A stretch of DNA of 64,000 nt from contig DF237114.1 in assembly GCA_000708835.1 (NCBI GenBank), positions 99,624-163,623 on the forward strand, given 5' to 3'. Shown piece by piece: positions 1-9,972 of this stretch. A program made the translations under genes and the position numbers. Position 1 is the first letter of the stretch. Each line of letters starts with the position of its first letter. This DNA is from Klebsormidium nitens (taxonomy: Eukaryota > Plantae > Klebsormidiophyceae). The notes beneath the pieces are model-generated. The model was not told where the DNA came from and made no database searches. It was given only the letters and a program-made list of their open reading frames with translations.

Positions 1-350
1 ATGTGAATCGAAATGTTCTAGCAGCAGAAGCAGAGCCTGCTTACCGATTGAAGAAGCAGGTGGACGTGCAAACGCAGTGACTTTTAATGTGTATTGTGAT
101 GATCAGAGGAGGAAAGGGAAGCTCCAAAGAAGTAATGAGCGGGAGTGCGGATCTATAAGGTCTCCTCACGACTGTTGTGTGCCCATGTGCAAGAGCAACA
201 CGCGTCGAAGTCTTCTCGTCTGAACTTCAATGGTGAACTCAAGTATCGTTGAGCTTTACATCGTTGCTTTTGGGAGAATGTAACGTCGGTTTAGGAGGAT
301 GTGACGGTTTGCTGATGACGCACGTCACTAAGAAAGCAACCGTTGGTACA

Positions 351-435
351 GGCGGTATTGTGCCTGGAGGAGGCCAGCAGCCTGCCGGCGGTATCGTGGG
401 TGGAGGTCAGCAGCCTACCGGCGGTATCGGTGCAG
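351..435 (+). repeat. Coding tandem repeat (33-36 nt unit, about 2.5 copies) encoding GGIVPGGGQQPA / GGIVGGGQQPT
   Basis: ggcggtattgtgcctggaggaggccagcagcctgcc / ggcggtatcgtgggtggaggtcagcagcctacc / ggcggtatcggt. Confidence 0.85.
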
Positions 436-3400
436 GTGGGTATTGCTGAATGAAAGTTGCACCCAGAGTTTACCGTTTCATTCTCATTCTTCCAGAAGGG
501 GAGTCTGGCGGTCAGAAGACGCTTCGCTGGGTCTAGCCTCAAACTACGAGCCATGTTCAAAGACAATGCGCAAATCGCCACCGCTCCACTATTCTCAGTA
601 CGTTGAACCCAAGCAATGCGCACAATCCAGCAGTTGGCAACAATTGGAGTCACGGACGCCAGAAGGAAAAGTTAAGAGTTTCTTTCGTGGCTGCTCAGCG
701 AAGCTTTGATGCAGAATGAGCCGATCACAGCTCGTTGTGCATCGTATATTTGTTCTGTTCTCCGCGTGATTTGTGGATGGTGTCGAGCGTCGGATGCTTC
801 ACGGGTCCCATCATTTTGTAGTCGAGAAGAAGTTTCGAGGATGCGTGACTCAGAAGATGCTGCCCAAGTTGCCTTGGCGTAGCTCCCCTAGTAGCCTCTT
901 CCTTCATTGATCCGGTTACTCTGCCGATAAACGCTTGATTGCAGAATAAGTTGTAGATGAAACCTGGCAGGTCTTTCTGTTCATCTTCCTGAGAGCACAA
1001 TACCTCCGAGCGTTCTCGCAAGTGCAACTTTGCAAATCAGATTTCTATCTTAAAATAGTCACTGAAAGTCATTCCCCGTAGACTTGCATGTCAGCTTCCA
1101 GGGGAAATCCAGCGGCCAATTTATCGGTGTTCCATTTGGGCCACATTCGAATTTTCAAAAACTAGTGGGCACTTGGACGCTCAGCGAAAAGTTGAAAGTG
1201 CCCAGTTGCTCGAACTGTGACCTTAACCGCGCCCAATTCACGTCGCCGCAGGTCCGACAAACGGCGCGGCGAAGGCTACCGGTCAGGTGGTACGCATCAC
1301 CGACCCCTCGGGAAATGTTGTGGCGACCGTCGAGCCGCAGACCGCGCAACAGGCGCTGGAGTACCTGAGGCGCAGGATCGGGGACGGAACTCTGGAGTAC
1401 CGGAACGGAACCGGATTGGCGCCCTTCACGCCTCTGACCGCTGGGATTGACTACGTCTTCAGACCGGTCACGCAGCCAGCCGTCCGGCCTCCGGCACCGG
1501 TCACGCCACCCACAGGTACGTACCGGATGTGATTGCACGGTTCCAACACGTCTGCTCCTAAAATCTTCACATCCCAAAAGCCTCAATGTTGACCTCTCGC
1601 TAATGTCGTGGGCGCTTTCACTGGTGACGTTGGTAGTTCTAAGTAATTGAAGACTTGCTTATTGTGTGAAATTCGCACCCGCTTCTCTGGCAACCGGCTG
1701 CTGCGGTAATCCGCGTGAAAGTTCTTCTAGAAAGGTTCACGTTGAGCGAACGTACCCGCACAGGTGTCCCCGCTACCTATCAGGACACACAGGAATCTCT
1801 TCCCCTCACTTGCTGCCGGTTGTGGGCGCCCGACTTGCTGTTCATTACTAATTAGTTTCACCCGGTGTTTCCTAAGCATTTTGGCTTCAGAAGGCTCGTC
1901 AGCCATGAGGTCAGCACGCGTCGACAGAGATGGCCACGGGTGGGGCCCACTTCAGCGGCTCTGTCGGCTGCTGATCGAGCGGGCGCATCCTTAGCTAACA
2001 ACTTATGAAGCTGTTGTAATTGCTGAAGAACGTTCCGGTCCACATGATGCCAACTTTGACTAACTAGACAACTTTAAATTCCAGGGATCGCTCAGCCGCA
2101 GCCCGTTATTCCGGCGCCCGTGTACCCGCCGCAGCCCATTTCCCCGCCGGAGCCCGTTTCCCCGCCGGAGAACTTGGTTATCTGCCCGCCGGCACCCCCT
2201 CGCCCCGAGCCGGTTCCAATGCCGATCCCGGTTAACCCGCCCGTCAACCCGGCCCCCATTAACCCGGCGCCTGTGGCCCCGCCGACCGTTGCGGGGCCCA
2301 CCCTGGATGCATCGGGCAACCTCCCAGCAGACACAAAGAGTCTCCTGAGTGAGTTTTGGAAGACGGATGAGTTTTGGAGGACGGATGCTTCACTTACTTG
2401 AACACTTTTGACGACTACATAAACAGAAAGTAGAGTGACAGGTCCTCAATGAGAAGGTGTGTGCCGCTTCAAAGTTGCTTCCTCTAACGCTATTCCCTCT
2501 ATGATGACCAGCAGTTCTGAAATCGCACAGAATTTTGGCGTGGAAAAGTGTCCGCGACTCCAGAGACTCATTCACCGATCACGAAAGGTCACGCTTTCCA
2601 ACGAGAAGCTCGTCAGCCAATCTTCTCCCACCAGGCCCGCTGAGCGCTAAAACCTTTTGAAATTCTCCAGGTTGAAATCTTGCTATTTGTCTTGCTAATA
2701 TGTTGACCAGTGTCCATTCTGAGGTCGCGCTTAGTAGTCATGCTTAACGACACCTTCCTTTCAGTCCACGAGGATTAACATTCTAACTTTGAGCGGCGCA
2801 AACGCTATTGTCATCAAGCAGCAGGGATTCGCCTGAAACAGCCTGGCGGAGGATCAGCTGCGCTGATCACAAAACGAACTGCGCGTTTAACAGACTGGTT
2901 CTCGTTCTCGTTTTCATCTTCGCAGAAATTACCGCAAGTCCTTCTCCATCATTGTCAAAAGACGGCGTCCCCAATGATGAGACCTTGTTGAAACTTAATC
3001 TTCGCGGAAGCGTGCTCACTTCTGCTTTTCTGACGTCTCCGAAACTTTGCTGACGTCTCTCAAACTTCCTTCTCTCAGGGAACTGGGACTTCGAAGAGGA
3101 GAGTGACGCAGTCAAAGCAGCGTGCAAGAATGGGGCTTACCGCGCCGGAACCTCAAGCAAGGACATCACCTATTGGAAAATCACCAAAGGCGAGGTTGAG
3201 CTTATTGGCAGCGGTTATATTCGTGCTGCGCACGGTGACTACTACGTGGATGTCAACGGGTGGGGGAACGGCGGCATCGAGCAGGTTAGACGCTAACGCA
3301 AACTGGGTTAACGCGTGGTTAAGCGCATTCCTCAGCGGCTGGAAACGCGGCAGTTCGAGCACGTGAATGCGCTGTTGAGTTCGTTTAACTCTCGGAAACC

Positions 3401-6400
3401 CAGATTAGTGAGTGCGCCAGGTGTTCTGTTCCCATTCTCAACTCTGTTCGGGTGGCTGTGGCAGAATATTCGGTTTGCTAGCTGCCAAGTACAGGTTTGA
3501 ACGTCTCAATCTTGTATTGTTACCTTCCAACTGGCGATAGTGGCGCCCTCGTCTTGTGACCCATGGTTTGTGACTGAAAAGAAGGTTTTCCAGCGGGTAT
3601 CTATGTTAAAACCTCATGCTGAAACCGCTATTCAATTGAATCTTTTGTCCGACCAAAAGGATCTGAACAATCTACACGATTTCTGACCAGAGACACAGGA
3701 ATCTTTTCCCCTGTTAACTATCTTTGGTCACCCGCCCTTCAACCAGCTTCTCCTTGCTAGAAAACCGCTTAACTGGAGAATAACCAAGCTCGGTGACTGC
3801 AATGTTCCCCCTTTCAGAGTGGCCTGGACCCTAACCCAACCTCGTTTCATTCATGTACCGCAGTCATTTGACACCGAGCGTGGTGCCACTTACACCGTCA
3901 CCTTCTCCCTCGCGGCCAACCCCGAACACGTGGGAACCGACATCGTCCACGTGTCCGTGGGCGACGTCAGCCAGCCGTTCACCAGCACCAGGTCGCCGTT
4001 CAACAAGGCGGCGGGCCTGCCTTACCCCATTGACTGGAAGGACAACACGTTCGTCTTCACGGCGCAAGAGTCGGTCTCGACCATCAAGTTCGAGACGCCT
4101 TATGCGAACAAGTCGCCGTACGGAGCTTGCATCGACAACATCAGGATCGTCAAGGGTGAGCCGGCTCTAGCTTGGGGAGGGCAATTTGGCTGTCTGTAAC
4201 CACAATGATTTTTGGCGGTTAACCATAGTTGGTTACGGGCTGGTTTGGAGCTGGTCAACCGTCCAAGGACCAGACTCGAGCACTGTGACCAGGTTTCTAA
4301 CATGGCTATAACGCGGTTATTGGTCAAGGAAGCAGACTGAAGATGGGTTAGCGAACCTGGTTGGCAGCCAAACCTTCCTGTGAACAACAATAATGGTCAG
4401 ATATTATACTTCTGTGGCGCAACAGTGTTTTCATCTCTGCACGTACGGGTTAGGGAGGCGGTTGCCCAGCTGCTGTGCTTCAAGGAAAGAGAAGAGAGAA
4501 ACGAACATGAATCATAAGAGGGGCATGATCCTGCAAGTTATGATCGGCAGAGAAAAAACATCCCGTGTTTTCACGGAAGCAGCGCTTGTCTTGCCTACGC
4601 TCACTTCGATTTCTCATTTGCGTCTCTTCCAACTATGCAGGTGGTGTGCCGAATCCCCCACCCCGCAACCTCATCAGTGAGTCTGTTCACATCAGTTCCG
4701 GAATTTGCTGCATTGATGACGCAGCTCGTGTCTCTTTTGAACGCATAAGGCTTGCACTTGGCACACACGGTCACAGGAGGTTTTGCCTGCTAAGCAGGTT
4801 GTTTCTCAGATCTGAGTCTCGGGTTAGCGAACAGTCATCCGGGCGTCAAAATTGTTCGATAGCGCCCAAGTTAATCATAGATGATTATGGGCTGTTTAGA
4901 AAGTGGTTTCCTGTTCGATGAATGAACTTTCTAAACAGCCCATAATCATCTATGATTTAAGGGCCAGAAATTTCTGTGGGTCTGTCCGGCTTTCATCTAC
5001 TTTGTGGGAGACACTCACACTGCATCCAGATCTGTTGATGTCACTCGCTTACGTCACAGTCCTAGCTAATCCCACTTGAGCAGTGTGCGTCTGGTTCGTA
5101 GGTAGACGGTTTGTATCTAGTCAAATGCAAGTATCCCTTGTCTACTCGAGCGCACGTCCACAGGATTATCTGGCTCCTAAGCAGGCTGCTTATCAGACTC
5201 AGGTTTCAACAACGGCTATCGAACCTTCTTCAAAATCTGGTAGTCCCAAATTTGGTACCAGGATCGGTTCCAGCTCACCGCCAGTTCATAAGCATCCACG
5301 CTTTGCTTGGCTATCCCCCGCTTGTCACCATCCATGGTTTAGGTACAATTCGTGATTCCTTCCTTGTAACGCTGTTCGTCCTGACTGTCCGCTCTCCACC
5401 CGCGCTCTTTGCGGTGCCCCCCTCGGACCTTCAGCTCCACGGGCGCGGGACTTTTTGATGAGCGCGCGCGCGCGCGCCTTCCACACTCTCGCTTCCAGGC
5501 GCGCGCCTACTCGCGCCCTTCAAAAAGACCCAACGCGCACTCCCGCTTCTTGCAGAGAACGGCGACTTTGAGGAGGTGACCACCACCATCGCTGACCAGT
5601 CGCAGGACTACAAAGTGATCTTAAAGGGCCAAAGTCACATCACCCACTGGGACATCACCAAGGACAGCGTGGATCTCATCCACCGCGGGCCTTGGGGCTT
5701 CGGCCAGTCTGGGGACTACTTCATTGACCTCAACGGCAATGGGCCCGGCGCAATTGAGCAGGTGAGCGCCCACTAACTAACTTTAATCGCTGGATCCACG
5801 CCTCTCCGTATGGTAAATAGTTTTGTCCGCACCCCTAGTTGAGAGACAGATGGGCCCGGCGCAATTGAGCAGGTGAGAGCCCACTAAGTGACTTGCATGA
5901 GCGCTGGATCCACTCTCTTCTTCTCCGCACCTCTAGTTGAGAGACGGGTCCCATTTGCGGTTCGTCAATGGCGACGGGCCCGGTGCAATTGAGCAGGTAA
6001 GAGCCCACTTACTGGCTGGATCCACGCCACTCCGTATGCTGATTCTTATTTTAGCACCTCTTGTTGAGAGACAGGTGTCCCATCCGTGGTTCGTCAATGG
6101 CAACGGGCCCGGTGCGATTGAGCAGGTCGTGAGCGCCCACTTACTGACTTAGGCGGCGGATGGATTCATGCTTCGGGTGATCTTCTGTTCTGCATCTCTG
6201 CTTCAGAGACAGGGGTCTTCTTCTCCGCACGTACCCCTATTTGAGAAACAGGTGTCTTCTTCTCCATGGTTAGGAGCCAGATCTTTCTTTCCTGCATTTC
6301 CTCTTCCCGCCGACTTGACACCGTCCCGAACGGCCAGTACACTGCACACTCGCAGTGTGAAGCCCAGCTATGTTCTTTTCTCCCGCAGAATTTCGACACC

Positions 6401-6827
6401 GTCGCCAACAAACGGTACACCGTCCACCCTTTCAGTGTCAAGCCCAGCTAGGTCCTTGAACATTCTCTTTTTCCCGCAGACCTTTGACACCGTCCCCGGG
6501 CAGACGTACACCGTCCGCTTCGCCATGGCGGGTCACCCCGGTCTGGGTAACAGCCGGGTCGGTCAGACCCGGCCCTTCACCGTCACGGTCGCTGACGTCA
6601 CCAAGAACCTGGAGACTACCCCGGGGCGGGCCGCGACCGACATCGACTGGAAGACCGTGACGTTCGAGTTCACCGCCAAGGAGAACACGTCGACGCTCAA
6701 GTTCGAGAGTCGGGAAACCAAGGACGCTTGGTGGGGCGCGTACATTGACAACGTTGCAGTGACAGAGTCTGCGCTGGCTGGGAATATTGCGGAAGTGCGC
6801 CCGCAAGCGAGGTTCCTGTCCAGATAG
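352..6827 (+). CDS. 5'-partial modular protein: Gly/Gln repeats, small globular domain, Pro-rich linker, two tandem DUF642-like (galactose-binding-like) domains. Exons 352-435, 1252-1515, 2085-2348, 3079-3284, 3864-4155, 4641-4676, 5556-5761, 6480-6827
   Basis: All junctions are GT-AG and phase-compatible. The spliced product reads ...TKSLLR|NWDFEE...GGIEQ|SFDTERGATYTVTF...DNIRIVKG|GVPNPPPRNLIK|NGDFEE...NGNGPGAIEQ|TFDTVPGQTYTVRF...YIDNV. NGDFE, DLNG-GAIEQ, TYTVxF and GxxIDNV are DUF642/choice-of-anchor C type motifs. The first exon of each domain is 206 nt. The start codon was not found and probably lies upstream of the window. Confidence 0.8.
4205..4379. mobile_element. Short dispersed repeat, MITE-like, copy 1 (intronic)
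   Basis: Clearly alignable with 60952-61122. Imperfect ~15-bp inverted ends (tttggcggttaacca ... tggttggcagccaaa). No TSD identified. Confidence 0.6.
4873..4957. other. Perfect 32-bp inverted repeat with 21-nt loop (intronic hairpin)
   Basis: 4873-4904 aatcatagatgattatgggctgtttagaaagt is the exact reverse complement of 4926-4957. Confidence 0.9.
5462..5477. repeat. (GC)8 microsatellite
   Basis: gcgcgcgcgcgcgcgc, about 80 nt upstream of the acceptor at 5555. Confidence 0.85.
5740..6145 (+). repeat. Tandem array (~110-135 bp unit) of exon 3' end plus 5' splice site: the true donor at 5761 and three intronic copies
   Basis: gggcccgg(c/t)gc(a/g)attgagcag|gt...gcccact recurs at ~5740, 5851, 5976 and 6105. 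Confidence 0.9.
6290..6515 (+). repeat. Tandem array (~80-90 bp unit) of 3' splice site plus exon start: two upstream copies and the true acceptor at 6479
   Basis: ttcccgc(c/a)g-...-ttgacaccgtc...gtacac(t/c)g recurs at ~6305, 6381 and 6472. Confidence 0.85.
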
Positions 6828-8984
6828 AGTGGGGATGTCGCGGCGGTTTGAGCGGGGATTGGGGGATGCACGAAGTGGGCACAGCAGGGAGTTGGGAATG
6901 TGTTGTGTGAGCTGGGAAAAGAGACGCGCTCGAATGCGAAGGAAAAGTTTTGTAGTAGTGTGGAAGTTGTTTTTTCTCCACATTTGGTTTGGGTTAGTGC
7001 AGCGGATTGTGTTGCGGGTTGGCGAGATTTGGGGGGCAGTTTTGGGTTTGGTTATAGCTCCCAGTTTTGGATGAACGGAGACTGTATGAGTGAAATATCT
7101 GGGGTAGATGTATACTCCAGACGTCGTAGAGTGTTTAACTTGGGTGGGGGATGGTTAGTTGTGATGCGTAATCAGTGCGGCTTTGTTGTCAGCCGGAAAA
7201 CTTTGAACACGTGTACCATACCTTCAATTCCTGAATACGAAAACTTTTGATTGTTTTACGACGGTTACAATCCGTGCGATGTGGAGATGTATGATTTGCC
7301 GGTCAATTCAAATACATGGAGTAGTTTTCTTCGCTTAAGTTACAGACCCGCAAATCGCAACAATCCCGTTATGATCCACTGTTTAAAAAGCTCTGCCCAG
7401 ATCAATTCCGAACTTCAGAACGAAATTGCAGTTCAGACAGGTCTGGATGGGATTCGGACACGTTCCGGACTCACTGGACCAAACTGTGGCGGTTTTATTT
7501 TGGACCTTATTCATTTCGAATTCGCACTCTCAGGCTGTTCGGACTCGTTCTATCCCACATAATCCATCTGAATCAATCATTTCAGATCCAATTGTGGACT
7601 TGGAAACGTGTCTTAGTCAGGACTGAGTGGGATTCGAAAGCGCTTCTGAATCCGAGGTTCGGATCAGGCTATGTCTGTTGAGCTGTTGGAATCCGCTGCT
7701 GCGTAAAAGGCTTTGTCAAACCTCGGATTCAGTTTCGAGACCTACGCTAGCTTATCAAAGGGAGCGCGGGTGCGCGGCCTCGTCGTGAGATCTGGTGACC
7801 AATTCCACGGCCGGGTGACTCGTTCACTTGGGTTCGCGTAGGAGAATGAAAGAGCAACGCGGAACCGGCTGCAAATTCTAGGCAATCCGCAAATACATCC
7901 TCGACCCAGCAAGCGAACGGCTGAGAGGAGTTCGTACCGGCTGTCATGCACAGCTTGGAGTCGAACAAAGAACCCGCTTCAATCGAATTCACGAATTCCT
8001 GAAAATTGGTGAATGCTTTCCGGAATGATCTTAAATTGCGAGACGAGGCTGCTTGGTACGATAATCTCGGCTATCGATGAAGCTTAGGCGGCTGCAAGTT
8101 TTCGTGGCTCCGCAGCAGAGCTCGCCAAGAAGCTGCTCACAACGTTGGGCTGTTTATTACGCTAGGGCGATCCCGCATCATCGCAAAGAGCTTGAAAAGC
8201 AGGCTGACCAGAAAGGACTTCTGCCATTGAGGATCGAATGCTGCACACTTGTTCGACGAAGATTCGAAAGATGATCGTTAGGGATGGGATCCGCAGCATG
8301 TGCGTATGCGAAAGCCTGTGGGCCGGACCTCCAGCTCAGCAACGTTGGCATCAGCACTGCTATTGAGTACCGGCTTGTGCAACGAGGCATCTGATCTCTT
8401 TGCTGTGTCCTGAACTTCCGATACTATCCTGCTTCCGGAGTTTTCTAGTGTCGAGTTTCTCAACTCTGCAACTAGAAGTTCTGGACTTCCCGGTCTTTCA
8501 AACATTCTCAGCGTACCGGCCCTTGAGTTTTCCGTCCTTCAATTGCGGCTGCGCATCTTCGACTTGTTTCCAGTGCGGCAGCTTTTCTCCTGTCCGTTCA
8601 ATCTCGTCTAGGGCTCGTCTACAATTCATCGCAGACCTTTCAGCTCAACGAGGAATTATGTGACGGTCCAATCGATCCGTCAACGCCTGGCACGTCTTCT
8701 CGCGCGCCTTTCTGACCGGTTCGGTCTCCACCAGGATCGCGACGAGACTCGACCTGCATCAGTTTGACCTTGAAGGAACTCGACATGATAGCACGTCGAT
8801 GTAAGCCGTTAACGGTGTTCAGGGAGACTGGGATACCATCACGGTTCCCACACTGTCAAGAAGGCGGCCAGGCAAAACGGCCGCCGCCCGACTTTTGTTT
8901 GATTCGCAGTCTGTAAGAACGAACATGAGAGGCACGAGCGCGCCGTGGACTCACACTCGTCTTACTGCTTGCGTACGTGCAGGT

Positions 8985-9570
8985 CCACATGCATGATGAT
9001 ATGAAATTTGTTACATGGACGATCGAGGGAAGGTTGAAGGAACGTATGCATGGCCGAAGCACGTACGTTTGGAAACCTACTTACCTCATGCCCACCGTTG
9101 CCGCGCGCGCGCGGGCCTATATAAAATGCATGCAACGTGAATGATCTTGGGCCGACCGTCGATTGAACGGGGATCAGGGTGACTGGCATGCAGTGCACAC
9201 ATGGCATGCGAACTAAGTTGATTGGGTCGGAACGGGCTCATATATATAAGCTTATTCAAGAGAATTCAGTGAGCCTCGACGAGTCATGCACGCTTAATTT
9301 TCAAGTAGAAATGCGAGCATGCGATGCAGTGCAAATTTTACCATCATATACCCAATTCAAGCAATGGCTACTCCGAGTACTGTGTCGATTGCATTGTGTG
9401 ACCACGTGCGGCACGTTGCATGAGCTTCAAATGATGTCGGAAATTGACGAAGTGATATCCAACACAACCTGGCCGTAACTAAAGTTGAAAGATTGGTGCA
9501 TGCCTGGTTAAAGCAGAACATATGCATGGGGCTTAAACCATGACACTGATGCACATGCATGATCGAACCC
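8985..9570. other. CATG/TGCA-dense intergenic block between convergent genes
   Basis: 17 CATG counted in ~580 bp, versus ~2-3 expected at uniform composition. Confidence 0.7.
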
Positions 9571-9972
9571 AAAATTTCAAGTAATGCAACTCTGAACCAC
9601 GAAGCAATGTAACTTCTTGCATTTGCTCTGACCGTACAAATACCCGCTGCGCCAGTTGAACAGATTCTGTAACTACGATTCGAAACCGTCCTTCTCAGTG
9701 TCCGACAACCAGCCTCCCTGTACTCGAACTGACACCGTCCTGCTTGCCTGCTACTGCGCTGTTCTCTCTAACCTGACTCAATCATTACCCCCGTGTCTAT
9801 TCCTAAGCGGCTGCAATTGTGGAGGATTATTGCACAAAAGAATCTGCATGCTGTTTCCGCGACGAAATTGCCATCCCGGCTTATCCGGACAAGCCAGGAG
9901 GAGTCGCTCAGCACCCTCTATGGCACATAATCTTTGTTCTTCTTTTTAAAACTGCTTTTTTTTAGCAATGAA

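Noticed and set aside
2120-2401. Pro-rich ORF as the terminal exon of a separate gene, with DUF642 units as two independent genes
   Set aside because: A strong donor at 2348 (ctga|gtgagt) and the 4641-4676 microexon join all parts in frame and restore the expected LL(R/K)N(W/G)DFEE domain starts.
1783-3712. Shared ~20-nt word gacacaggaatct.ttcccc in two introns of the first gene
   Set aside because: Short and imperfect, so it could be chance or a tiny repeat remnant.
5740-6145. CRISPR-like repeat/spacer appearance (also 41110-41500 and 42125-42650)
   Set aside because: The whole unit is repeated, including the would-be spacers. The repeats are copies of exon/intron junctions in a eukaryotic gene, and there are no cas genes.
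8050-8780. Possible decayed coding sequence on the minus strand (...ALDEIERTGEKLPHWKQVEDAQPQLKDGKLKGRY...)
   Set aside because: Multiple in-frame stops and no recognisable family motif, so I cannot support a pseudogene or TE call without a search.
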